A stretch of DNA of 64,000 nt from Podarcis muralis (taxonomy: Eukaryota): assembly GCF_964188315.1 (NCBI RefSeq), contig NC_135667.1:25916001-25980000 (forward strand), given 5' to 3'. Positions 9,928 to 22,087 of this stretch are shown here, in pieces. Each line of letters starts with the position of its first letter. The first letter of the stretch is position 1. The translations under genes were made by a program, and so were the position numbers. Below the pieces are notes generated by a model, which saw only the letters and a program-made list of their open reading frames with translations, had not been told where the DNA came from and did not search any database.

Positions 9928-10898
9928 TGACAAAGAACCAAACAGAGGTGAGAGAATTCATCTTGACGGGCCTGACCAATCTCTGGCAGCTTCAGTGTAC
10001 ACTCTTTGCCGTCTTCCTGATGATGTATTTGGCCAGCCTACTGGGGAATGCAGCTATTGTGCTTGTTGCAATAGTTGAACCAAAACTTCACACTCCTATG
10101 TACTTTTTTCTTGGAAACCTTTCCTGCCTTGACATCTTCTTTTCCACAGTCACTGTCCCAAAGATGCTAGCTGGTTTTCTGTTGCCAGTCCAAACCATTT
10201 CCTTTCCTGGCTGCATGGCCCAGCTCCACTTTTTCCATTTCTTGGGCAGCAGTGAAGCCATTCTTCTTGGAGTAATGGCATTTGATCGCTATGTTGCAAT
10301 ATGCAATCCTTTGCGTTACTCCATCATCATGCGCAGGCAGGTTTGCCAAATCTTGGCAGCAGCCACTTGGTCCGCTGGCTTTTTTCATGCCTTGATGCAT
10401 GCAGTGGCAACTGCCCGTCTGCCCTTCTGTGGGCCAAACCACATTGAACACTTTTTATGTGACATCAAACCTTTGCTGAAACTGGCCTGTGGGAGCACCT
10501 ACCTCAACCTCATGCTCCTCAACACTGTAGCTAGCTCCGTTGCCATGGGACCTTTCATTGCCACACTCCTCTCCTACTTCTATATTATCATTTTTCTTCT
10601 CTTCAAAGTGCAATCCCGAAGTGGTCGACAGAAAGCCTTCTCCACCTGCGGATCCCATTTGATGGTGGTTGGGTTGATGTACGTGCCAGTGTTGTTTAAC
10701 TACATGCTGCCCTCTGTGGAGAATGCTTCGCAAAGAGAAATGATGGTGACCCTCATATATAGTGCAGTTACCCCAGTTTTGAACCCACTTATTTATACAC
10801 TGAGGAACCAGGAAGTCAAAACTGCTGTGTTAAAGATTTTCACCAGAATATTTCAGTTTCCACTGAAAGGAAAAAATAAAAAAAGACTTTGTGAATAA
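9928..10898 (+). CDS. Olfactory receptor OR12D-like, main coding exon; the paralogous ATG is mutated (ACA), probably started from an upstream exon
   Basis: Full 7TM ORF with all OR motifs. Acceptor TTTTAG (AG 9926-9927) is followed by TG ACA AAG AAC, where the paralogs have TG/CA ATG GAG AAY. The first in-exon ATG is at 10020, inside TM1. Confidence 0.85.
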
Positions 10899-11824
10899 TA
10901 CTACAGTAGGACAAGCATACACCAAAATGGAAACTCAAACTACTACAGTAATACAAGAAGAATAACAAGAAAAATGGGTTTTACAGTGTGGGACATCATT
11001 GCAGGTCTCTGATATCAGCTAAAATCTTTTGTTTAAACATAGCATAATATAAGCCACCACTCCTAAGAAACCATATGACCATCTTGGTCTCTTAGCTTTC
11101 TTTGAAAGTTCTGTTGATGTGTTTCCTAGGTGAAATCTCCAAATGTACTTTATCTCTTGTTGTGAAAGACAATGGACCATTTACTTATCAAAGCACTAAA
11201 AGAATCAGATGCTGTGTCCTCATTTATGTCAATTTAAACCTGGGTGGTGAACCTATTGGGTTCTGGAACTCAAGATTGAAAGGTAGGTAGGAAATCCGCT
11301 CATCAATCACATGATTGATGGTTGCTTTGCTCTTTCCACCACTAAAAATCCCTTCTGCAGAGTTCCCAAGCTCCCAACAATCACCTGGCTTTCACTCACT
11401 TGGGAATCACAGTGTTGAGAGGTGTTTCCTGCCCTTTGCTTGGTGCTTTTGGGAGTTCTAAGTATCTGACTGGTAAAGCCTTGATTATTCCCTCTCCATC
11501 AGGTGATGGAGAGAAGGGAAATAAGGCTGTACTTTGAAGGATTGGTTGCATGCAGGATAAGTCCCCCTCACAGTTGATGCCTGCATAAAAGGGGGACACT
11601 TGCATCCACAGCTAAGCCAGAATTGATCTCTACCCTCCCACTCACCAGCTGATGTCACTTGTGACATCATCTGATTGATATGTGGATGTGGTTTGGGGAA
11701 ATCACAGCATCTGCCAAATTGGACATCCTGGTGGGCCTAGATTGGCCCCTTGCTTTAAGGCATAGTTTATACGCTTCCATTACCTATCACCAATCAAGTG
11801 ATTGAGAGTGGAGAAATAAACCAG

Positions 11825-11830
<6 letters not shown>

Positions 11831-11871
<41 letters not shown>
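11831..11871. repeat. (CA)n microsatellite
   Basis: Direct reading. Confidence 0.95.
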
Positions 11872-11875
<4 letters not shown>

Positions 11876-13734
11876 GTAGGCAGGAGAATCCCTGCCACAG
11901 GCAATGCCTGCAAAAAGTTGGGGCTGCTTTCCTGGGCTATTCCCAGTAGGAGACAGGCATGCAAGTTAGTATTTTACCAGCTGACATCACTTTCGACATC
12001 AGCTGATTGATAGGTGAGCATGATTTGCAGAAATGGCATACGGACCAAATTTGAACCCCCGGTGGACCATGATTGGCCTGTGGGGTGGAGGTTTCCTACT
12101 CTTGCAATACAACATAGCTGAAATTGTGGATACTTCACTCTTTCCTGTTTGTGTTGTTGCCAAGAGCTAAGCCATTCCCTGGTTTCATCCTTCATCTGAA
12201 CCTGGGCCCAATGGCACTAGATGTCCAAAACTGAGTTTGCTTCCAGGATCTTGATAATAAAATGCATGTTACAGTCAACGACTTCTCATCCAAGCACCTT
12301 ACCTCAGTTTAAACAGCAAAATAGAATGATCGTATGGTTTAATGAAATCAATTTCCAACAATATTCTGGATAGTGTTAACTCATGTGAGTGAAAAGCAGC
12401 ATAGAAATATAATAAATGGAACAAAAATGAAATGATCCTAGTTTGCTGAAAGGGCTCCAGTAGAAAATTATTGCTTGTTCTAAGTGTTACTTAAAACCAC
12501 CATGTCCACCATTTTCTCAATACATTGAACACAAACTTATTACAGAAGAGGTTGGTAGAGATTTGTGGGTGAGTGAAATGAGAGGGAATGAGAAAATCTG
12601 CACTGTGTACCAGTCTTCAAGGAGGGAAAATAATGGTGCTTTATAACAGACCCTCTACTCTGAAATGTGAGTCTTTTAAAAATTATTGAAACAATCAGGT
12701 ATAATGATGCTACAGCAGTAAAAAAAAAATGCCATTAAATAAAACTCGTTAGAATTAACCGATGTCACATATTATTTTATTCTCAAAAGCATAAACTGCA
12801 CAATCAGAAGCAGTAATGGTTTATTTTCTTAAAACCAATGTGCTTTTGCATTCAGTTCCCATCTGAACAATCAAGAGTCCCTAACTTGATTATTGTAGCT
12901 GTTTTCCCCAATGACAGCAAAAATCTTTAATTGGCTGGGTACATGTTCCATATTAGGGTTTAGGCTTATAAAGCCATGTGGGGTTCAAACAGCCATCAGT
13001 GTGTATTTTTTCCTGTCACCTTTAAATACATATGGCTTCCTTCATATCTCTTACAGCATTCAAAACTTCAATTTACCTCTAGTCTTATCTAATGGGCTCA
13101 TCAAGGTAGGAGCTGCCTGCAGCATGATCAAACAGAATATTTAGCAAGATGTGTGTCAAGCAAGTTTGCTATCCATTTTCCAAATATTTTTATCATTGTT
13201 TTGACCCTCCAACCCCTTTTGCAATGCAAATAAGGTGGCTTATCTAGAATGTCTGCATTTCATGGTTGTGCACTAGCTACAATAATTCATTGTATCTAAT
13301 GCTGCAAGGGATACATAGGACACAAGATTCACCTTGTATCGGTATCAGTGTCAGGGATGAGCAAATATCTCAATTCTTTCTCTCTCTCAGTGTCTTGCCA
13401 AATGCAAGATGGTTCTTTAAAATTAGATTCAGAAGCAATATAAACACAAGTGGGTGAGAAGATTACAGATTTTATTCCAAACAGCAAGCAAAATATACAT
13501 TACCAAGCAAGCACTTCAATCTGCCACTGAGAAGCCCTGAAGAAGTGGTGAAATGACCCCCTTTAAGGCACAGCTCTGCGGCCAATAGACTGTGCCGAAC
13601 TTCTGACTTCTATGCCCCAAAACTAGATGTTTTATGGCCTGTTAGGGCTTATACAGGCTCAGCTACCAGACAAAAAACCAGGCCATACATGCCATATATC
13701 AAAGGCTTTTACTGACCAGGATAGAGAAAACAAT

Positions 13735-13983
13735 GACTGCTCCCCGCATAAAACGGGAGGCGCCCTTTGCGTGGACACGTGCAGCCCCTGGATCTGGAGC
13801 GGCTCCATCAGCATAGGCTTGGCTTTGCCTTCCCTCAGGTGGGATACCTGGAGGTCTCCGCCTACCCCAGTCAGTTGTCCAGTCCCACCTGGGGGAAGCG
13901 TTGCCAAGGAGACCAGGCCAGGTAGGGGAGGGATTACCTGCCCACACAATAGAGGGAGGATCTTACCTGGGAATCCTCACTTG
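13735..13983 (+). mobile_element. 249-bp repeat fragment flanked by a 21-bp direct repeat
   Basis: GACCAGGATAGAGAAAACAAT at 13714-13734 and 13984-14004. The insert is about 90% identical by eye to the reverse complement of about 58710-58962. Confidence 0.8.
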
Positions 13984-15187
13984 GACCAGGATAGAGAAAA
14001 CAATAAAACACAGATAACCAGTGCCAGGAAGGGATAATCAGAGACAGGAAGAGTTGACCATGCCAGATCACCAATCTCAAAATAACAATAATTATTCTGT
14101 AATAATTATCCCATACACTCAGTTTCTCATATTCTCAGTCTTAAATTTGATTATTCACATTTCTACATCAAGTTTGTGATTTTTTTTAAAAAAAGAAAAG
14201 TCCTCATGAAAATTCAGCATCATTTTAACACAAATTTCTCCCATTTTTTCTAATAGGATACATTTTGGTATGTTGATGCTCACAAGTAGATGAATGTATA
14301 TACATACGATGCCTGCATGTGCATGTATATCAATCTTTGTACAAATTACAAGGCTATAATTGCACCATTCAGATAAGTGTTAATTTTGGAAGAAGGTTGT
14401 GTTTGCTCCCCATGTTGTTTTTGAAAGTATGAATTCTGTTGATAGACTCTGATGCTACAAGGCAGGTTCCTGGTATTTGTTAGGCACACACACCATGTCA
14501 GCTGCTGGAAGTTGTACTCTGTTGCCGCCTGATGCACATATGAAAACCTTCATACTTTTAAGGAATAGAAAACAAAAGGGCCAAAAAGCTGCATCACCAC
14601 TGGATACAGGCATACTATTTTTAACAAACATATTCCAATATGAAGAGAAGAGCATTTTTGTTAGTGTCTTGAATCCATGTTGGTTGCAGACAGCTTCTCT
14701 AACCAATTTCCACACTGATGATGTAATCAACTGTTTTGAAATCTACAAAGCTACAGTATGAGTGGGCACTAGTCACGATGGCCATTTTCTACCTCCCTTG
14801 TCAGAGGCAGTATGTCTCTGAATACCATTTTCTAGAAATTGCAGGTGGATAGAGTGCTGATGCACTCAGGTTCAGCTTTTGATGTGGCCATGAACAAGTA
14901 ATAGGCTACTTGAGAACGGTATGACTCTCATAAGTAGTTATAATATTTTTTTATTATTAAAAAATCCCTAAACAGAATGAAGGTGGGTTTAGAGTTAAAT
15001 AGAAACGTTCTTCGTCATTTTTATTGTTTATGTACATGTTAACAGTCTTTCACCCTTCCTACAATTCCACTGAGCAATTTTATACACTTCTTTCTGAACA
15101 ATTTTCTTATATACTGTAGGTAATGGATATTACTTGCACTCTACAGTGACCTCCTCTCGCCTTATTATTCTCTGCTGCCTTTTAGTG

Positions 15188-16126
15188 ATGGAGAATCAAA
15201 CAGAGGTGACAGAATTCATCTTAATGGGCCTGACCAATGTCTGGGAGCTTCAGTGTATACTCTTTGCCATCTTCCTGATGATGTATTTGGCCAGCCTAGT
15301 GGGGAATGCAGCTATCTTGCTCGTCACAATAGCTGAACCAAAGCTTCACACTCCCATGTACTTTTTTCTTGGAAACCTTTCTTGCCTTGACATTTTCTAT
15401 TCCACCACCACAGTTCCAAAGATGCTGGCTGGTTTTCTATCAGAGACGCAAAAAATTTCATTTGGTGGCTGTATGGCTCAGCTCCACTTCTTCTATTTTC
15501 TGGGCAGCAGTGAAGGCATTCTTCTCGGTGTCATGGCATTTGATCGCTATGTTGCAATATGCAACCCCTTGCGTTACACCATCATCATGCGCAAGCAGGT
15601 CTCCCAACTCATGGCAGCAGCCACATGGTCCGCTGGCTTTTTTCATGCCCTGATGCATACAATGGCAACTGCCCGTCTCCCCTTTTGTGGGCCAAACCGC
15701 ATTGAACACTTTTTATGTGATATCAAACCTTTGCTGAAACTGGCCTGCGGTAGCACCTACCTCAGCCTGATGCTCCTCAACACAGTAACCAGCTGTGTTG
15801 CTATGGGTCCTTTTATTGCCATACTCCTCTCTTACTTCTACATTATCACTTTTCTTCTCTTCAAAGTGCAGTCCCAAAGTGGTCGGCAGAAAGCCTTCTC
15901 CACCTGTGGATCCCATCTGATGGTGGTTAGTTTGCTGTACGTGCCTGTTCTGTTTAACTACATGCTCCCCTCTGTGGGTAATGCTTCTCAAAGGGACATG
16001 ATGGTGACCCTCATATACAGTGCACTCACCCCACTTTTAAACCCACTTATTTATACTCTGAGGAACCAGGAAGTCAAAGCTGCCTTGCTAAAGATTCTGG
16101 GGAAAAAATATTTCATTTTTCACTGA
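15188..16126 (+). CDS. Olfactory receptor OR12D-like, intact (312 aa from MENQT)
   Basis: All OR motifs present; ATG follows a TTTTAG acceptor. The ORF-track extension from 15134 is intronic sequence. Confidence 0.95.
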   Translation: MENQTEVTEFILMGLTNVWELQCILFAIFLMMYLASLVGNAAILLVTIAEPKLHTPMYFFLGNLSCLDIFYSTTTVPKMLAGFLSETQKISFGGCMAQLHFFYFLGSSEGILLGVMAFDRYVAICNPLRYTIIMRKQVSQLMAAATWSAGFFHALMHTMATARLPFCGPNRIEHFLCDIKPLLKLACGSTYLSLMLLNTVTSCVAMGPFIAILLSYFYIITFLLFKVQSQSGRQKAFSTCGSHLMVVSLLYVPVLFNYMLPSVGNASQRDMMVTLIYSALTPLLNPLIYTLRNQEVKAALLKILGKKYFIFH

Positions 16127-17289
16127 AAGGAAATGATCAAAGAAGGTTTTCTTTCCAATGATAGTACTCTTAGACATGTAACCACCAGAGCAGGAACTCA
16201 CACTGTAGCAGAACTGCAAGAGAAAGACAATTGGGTTTTACTTTGTGGGAAATCATTACAGGCCTCTGATAGTGGATGAATTTTTTTGTTTAAATTTGTA
16301 AGCCACCACTCCTGAGAAATTTTATGGGTGTCATGGTATGTTCAGCTTGCTTCTAAAGGACTTCTGATGTGTTTTCTCAGTAAAATCTCCAAATATGCTT
16401 TACATTCTACATCTTATGTAATCAATAGGCACTCTATTTATCAAAGGACCCCAAAATAAATTGCTGAGGCCTCATTCATGTATCAGGGATGAACTCTCCC
16501 TTTTTTTCTTCAGCACATGTGCCAATTTTAAGGGAGGGAGTGAAATCCTCCTGTTGATCATATTACATCATTATGATATCACATAAAAGATGACTGGGTT
16601 GTCCTGTAAACGTCCCTTGCACAGGGTTCTCTAGCTCCTGGCACGTTGTGGTAGGATGCTTGGGGATGGCAGTAACAAGCTTGATGCTTTGGGGAAATCT
16701 GAGGATAGGGTGAAGAAAGCATCTTTTCTTCTGCATTTTACAAACATTGGCTGCATGGGACACAGGACCCAATCACAACTGATGCCTGCAAAATGATGAT
16801 GATGATGATGATGATGCAGATATTTGTCTTGGCTGAACATATGTGTTCCAAGCAGGGAACAGGGATGCACATCCAATAAAGAACTAAATTCTATCCTCTC
16901 TTCCATCAGTTGACATCACTTGCAACATCAGCTGATTGATGGGTGGATGTGGTTTCTTCATGTGCCTCTTCCATAAGAGGTCTGGAGGGTGTCAATATGT
17001 GAACCGGTCTTTTCTACAGTGGCTCCCCATTTATGGAATGGTCTGCTCAAGGAGGTTTTGCTAGTGCCTTCATTACACACCTTTTAGCACCAGGCCAAAA
17101 TGTGCTGGGGCAGTGGGTCGGGGAGGGAGTTATTGGTTTGTTTTTGTTTGTTCTTGTGGATGCTTCACTTTTTCCTGCTTGTGCTGCTGCCAGGAGCACA
17201 TACATTTCCTGGCTTCAGATTCCATATGAACCTGGGTCTCAATAAACCCAAACCAGTAAACCAATGACAAACATTGATTACAACTTGTG

Positions 17290-18188
17290 TGTCAGGACTG
17301 GAGTCAGTAGTAGGTCAGCAACGAAACAATAAATCGCCCGAGGTCAGTGGAGTTAACTCTGTTATTCAAGGAAACAAACCATAGATCCGGCCCAGTGGTC
17401 TCAGCAACTCGTTCTAGGAGGTATTGCCCTGATGAAGTAGTTGCAAGGGCTGAAGATTCTCACCTTCTCAGTGCTGCCTAGGACTCCTCCTCTCCAGGGT
17501 CTTTCCCCTGCAGTCTCATGCTGTGTCTGCACACAACCACCCTCTCCTCTGCACCTTTCATTTCTCAGCATGTTCTAGGAGATAGGGGAAAGGGTAGCTG
17601 GTTGCAGCAGGAGGGGGAGACCTGCTGACTTCTTCAGCAGCCTGCCTCTCTATCTCTTGGCTCCACCCCTCTACAGTCCCTCTTCTGCCTCAGAGTTTGA
17701 ACTGTGCTCTACCTTGGCCTCTTCCTGTTCCCTAAATCCTGTCACCTCTTCCATATCCTCCAACATTTATCCAATGAAAATAGGGAGTCCCATTCCATAA
17801 TGATATTTTTACTATTTATACACCACACATCTTACTGGGTTGCTCCAGCCACTCAGGGCAGCTTCCAACATATATAAAACATAATAAAACATTAAACTCC
17901 AATGAAAATAGGGATGTCCAAAGGAAAAGTGGGACATTCTGGGATCAAATCAGAAACCGGGATGGCTTCTCTAAATCAGGGACATCCCTGGAAAATAGGG
18001 ACATTTGGAGGGTCTGCTCTTCTGCTTCTGACGCTTCCTCCTCTCAGTCTGCTCCTTCTCCCTCTGGCCACTCATTGTCATCTTACCACAAATTCCTCGG
18101 CTCTGAGCCTTCTTCCTCTGGGGGTTCCCTAGAGGGTTCCTCAGCTGGGACCTCCCATCACTCTTCTGAATCCAGCTTGTCTATGACA
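17290..18188 (-). mobile_element. Degenerate Gypsy-type solo LTR, interrupted by a nested MITE and a LINE tail (about 17750-18010)
   Basis: TGTCAG...TGACA ends, minus-strand AATAAA near the left end and CT-rich U3 as in 3402-4157. Flanks TTGTG/GTGTG (5 bp, 1 mismatch). Confidence 0.55.
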
Positions 18189-19113
18189 GTGTGGTTTGTT
18201 TGGAGAGGGGGGGAAATGACCACCCCAGGTTTGGGTGTAACAGTAAGTTATGGGTGGGGAACCACAGCACTACCACCCTGTTCTCTCTGTCTGGCTTTGA
18301 GACTAAAAGGCCACACCCCTCATTGACCTTTCTTTGCCCCCTTTGCCACACATAAGAATGAGTTCTTATGTGTGTCTTGCTAGTCTGAAATCTAGTCCTT
18401 TTAGATTTTACTGAAATAAAATTCATAATGCTACTTTAAAAGAAAATAGAAGAAAAAAGCTTGATCATTGAATGCAACTTGCCAGCATGCATTGATTGCA
18501 CAAATTGTTTCTATTCTCAAAAGCACTATCTGTATTCTCAAAAGTGCAACTAGTTTATTTTCTCAAAATAGATAGGCTTCTAGATTCAATTCCCACATGA
18601 ACAATCAAGAGTCTCTAACTTAATGCTGGTAGTTCTTTCCCCAAATGGGTCACATGTTACATACCAGGGTTTAGGCACATATATTTATGTGTGGTTCACA
18701 CAGCAATCAGTGACACTGTTTTTATCTATTAAAAGTCATATGACTTCCTACCTTGTATAGTATTCTCAGCTTCAATTAACTTCTAGTCTTATGTTATGGA
18801 CAAGTGGATTCATCCATCAAGGTAGGAGCTGTCTGCAGCTTTACAGGACACAATATATAACAGGATGTTAATGAAGCCATTTATGTTTGTCCCATTCTTT
18901 CTTATAAAAGTTGCAGTGTACATGTTCGAGGTTACAGTCTGTTTTGCAGAAAGCTACAGCTAATAAACCTTGATAAAGAACACAATAGAAAATGAAAATG
19001 TTCATGATGATAAAATACAAATATTGTGTTCAATGCTAGTCCTACACAGATAGCATCCTCTGAAATTATTGAAGATTACATAGTTAGGTTCTTTATTTTC
19101 AGTGGGTCTAAAT

Positions 19114-19250
19114 CAGCGGTTCTCAACCTGTGGGTCCCAAGATGTTGTTGGACTACAACTCCCAACATCCCTGAGCTCTGGCCTTGCTAGCTAGGGGTGA
19201 TGGGAGTTGTAGTTCAACAACATCTGGGGACCCAAGGTTGAGAAAGGCTG
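19114..19250. mobile_element. hAT-type MITE (137 bp)
   Basis: CAGCGGTTCTCAACC...GGTTGAGAAAGGCTG TIRs, internal palindrome and a perfect 8-bp TSD GTCTAAAT. Confidence 0.85.
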
Positions 19251-20821
19251 GTCTAAATTGAATAGAATTGGTGGCCTACAACTCAAATAATTGATTAGCA
19301 CACATTGATCCTAAACAATGCTATCTGTTTCCATTCTTTGATCCTAGACAACATGTCAGAAGATCCCCAATGAGGCATACTGGAAAGAGAAAGCAATAAC
19401 AATCTTGCTTTAGTTATTTATGGAATTTGGTATTAAAATATGAGTGCCTATTCCTGTGTGCCTATGTGTATGTTTCCATGGGTAACATGGGCATGGACAC
19501 AACACTGCCATTGTTGCATTAAGTGTTTAATTCTAAAACCGAGTTATCATTAATGTTTGGAGGCAATGCCCCTTGCATTATTGTGGTTTGAGGCAGAATA
19601 CCCTTTGCTGGTCTTCAGATGCGTTTCTAAGCAAGGTGAAAATATTTCAGCAAAGTCTACCATCTTTAACATACAATTAGCATCTCACCTGAACTGCAGA
19701 AAGGACTAAGTTTCATAGTCTCATTAGAACTCTTTATGAACATTTTGCATTCATTATAATTTTGAAATTCTGAATGCTGTTTTCACCAACGGTAAAATGT
19801 GCGGAAGGGCATTTGCATATTTATAACCCATTTTTCCTTCAAAAGCTTACGGCAGATTCCATAAGCCACTTCATTCTGAATTTTCATCCTGACCCCAAAC
19901 ACTGGTGTCCACCAGCTATTCCCAAGTGGCCAAACACTGACCGAAATTAGGCCTCCTTCCTATCTCTGCCACACAAATAGGCACACTCCCCCCCCCAAAG
20001 GCAATCTAACCTAAGTTCATGATTTGTATGCTTCCAAATATATCTGTCATTGTTTTGATTCTTTCCCCCATTTGTATTTCAAGGCAGGAAATCCAGATTC
20101 TAGCTAGATTGTAAGACTGTGCACCAGCTACAAAATTCACCTAGTATCTGTATCTGTGGTAGGGATGGCCAAATATCTCTGTTTGGTTTTTCTCAGGATC
20201 TCATTATTTTCAAACTTAAATTTGGTTCTTTAAATTTCACTATCTATCTGCATGAAGATTCACTGGGTGTTTGCATGAATTTCTCTAAATATACTCATGT
20301 TTGCAAAACAAATTTTATATAATATAATTCATAGCTGAATGTCTTCCTCACTAGCAGATGCATATTCTTCACTCTTCATCTCAGCATGTGATTTTTCTGT
20401 ACACATTACTTAATTGGAAGACTGCATTGCAAAATACAAAGAAGTATGAATGATGAATGTTTTTGAGTTTGTTGACTGAAAGTATGGATTCTCTTGGTCA
20501 TGATGGATTCTGATGCTACAGTGCAGCTTCAAATAGTCATCCCCCCCACCCCATAAGATAAGAGATAATATGAAGATGAAGCTCGTAAGTATTAACTGAT
20601 ATCTCCAAACCCAGTGAGAGATGCATTTACAATTAGGCTGGGAAGTTCTAAGTCACCTTCCATCATTTGTCTGCATGTTATTAGCCTGTTTCGTCCACCT
20701 TCTATTCCCACTGCAGTTTCAGAGCTTACTGACTATTAAATTTTCTGATACGGATAAATGATTTTATGAGCATTCTGCAATGCCCTCACCTCCTCTTATT
20801 GTTCCCTATTGTCTTTTAGCA

Positions 20822-21766
20822 ATGGAGAACCAAACAGATGTGAGAGAGTTCATCTTGATGGGACTGACCAATCTTTGGGAGCTTCAGCACACACTATTTG
20901 CTATCTTTCTCTTGATGTATCTGGCCAGCATTGTGGGAAATGCAGCTATTGTGGTTGTCGCAATAGCTGAGCCAAAACTTCACACTCCTATGTACTTTTT
21001 TCTTGGAAACCTTTCCTGCCTTGACATCTTCTTTTCCACAGTCACTGTTCCTAAGATGCTAGCTGGTTTTCTGTTGCCAGTCCAAACCATTTCCTTTGCT
21101 GGCTGCATGGCCCAGCTCCACTTTTTCCATTTCTTGGGCAGCAGTGAAGTCATTCTTCTGGGAATAATGGCATTTGACCGATATGTTGCAATATGCAACC
21201 CTTTGCGTTACTCCATCATCATGCGCAAGCACGTCTGCCAAATCTTGGCAGCAGCCACATGGTCCACTGGCTTTTTTCATGCCCTGATGCATGCAGTGGC
21301 AACTGCCCGTTTGCCCTTCTGTGGGCCCAATCACATTGAGCATTTTTTGTGTGACATCAAACCTTTGCTGAAACTGGCCTGCGGTAGCACACACCTCAAC
21401 CTCATGCTCCTCAATACTGTAACCAGCTGCATTGCAATGGGTCCTTTTATAGCAACACTCCTCTCCTACTTCTACATTATCACTTTTCTTCTCTTCAAAG
21501 TGCAATCCAGAAGTAGTAAACAGAAAGCCTTCTCCACCTGTGGATCCCATCTGATGGTGGTTGGTTTGCTCTATGTGCCTGTTTTGTTTAACTACATGCT
21601 CCCCTCTGTGGGTAATGCTTCTCAAAGGGACATGATGGTGACCCTAATATACAGTGCAGTCACACCAGTTTTGAACCCACTTATTTATACTCTGAGGAAC
21701 CAGGAAGTCAAAGCTGCCTTGGTGAAGATTTTGGGAAGATTTTCACTTTTCACTGAATGGAAATGA
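20822..21766 (+). CDS. Olfactory receptor OR12D-like, intact (314 aa from MENQT)
   Basis: All OR motifs present; ATG follows a TTTTAG acceptor. Confidence 0.95.
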   Translation: MENQTDVREFILMGLTNLWELQHTLFAIFLLMYLASIVGNAAIVVVAIAEPKLHTPMYFFLGNLSCLDIFFSTVTVPKMLAGFLLPVQTISFAGCMAQLHFFHFLGSSEVILLGIMAFDRYVAICNPLRYSIIMRKHVCQILAAATWSTGFFHALMHAVATARLPFCGPNHIEHFLCDIKPLLKLACGSTHLNLMLLNTVTSCIAMGPFIATLLSYFYIITFLLFKVQSRSSKQKAFSTCGSHLMVVGLLYVPVLFNYMLPSVGNASQRDMMVTLIYSAVTPVLNPLIYTLRNQEVKAALVKILGRFSLFTEWK

Positions 21767-21773
21767 TTAGAGG

Positions 21774-22087
21774 CAGCGCTGGATTTATGTATAGGTTAAG
21801 TAGGCTGAAGCCTAGGGCCTCTAAATCTAGCAGGCCTCACCAGCCTGCCCTCTCCCCAGTGCTGCAGTCTCCCCTCTCCCAAAATTGCTAGCCATTGGGG
21901 CCCAATTTGAAGCAGTGGAGTGCAACTTGGGGTTGTTGCTTTTTGGTAGGGCCCCAGTTCACAGCCAAAGTCTGCAAAATCTCATAGATATAAATATAAT
22001 CCATCTAGATTGCCCTGGTGTGTGGGGCCCCTTAGGAGTGGCACCCAATTTGGCCCAATTGCTCCAATTGCCTTAAGGGCAGCCCTG
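21774..22087. mobile_element. Probable non-autonomous DNA transposon just downstream of the OR stop
   Basis: Imperfect TIRs CAGCGCTGGATTTA / TAAGGGCAGCCCTG; homology to the paralogs' 3' flanks stops here. No TSD found. Confidence 0.4.

Noticed and set aside
11640-16955. TGATGTCAC-TT-GTGACATCA palindrome (CRE-like) at about 11648, with variants at about 11982 and 16908
   Set aside because: Appears to be part of a dispersed repeat or duplicated 3' flank; nothing ties it to regulation.
21059-21625. 188-aa minus ORF, with similar ORFs opposite the other OR12D-like genes
   Set aside because: Antisense frames conserved only because the sense OR paralogs are similar; broken by stops in two of three copies.
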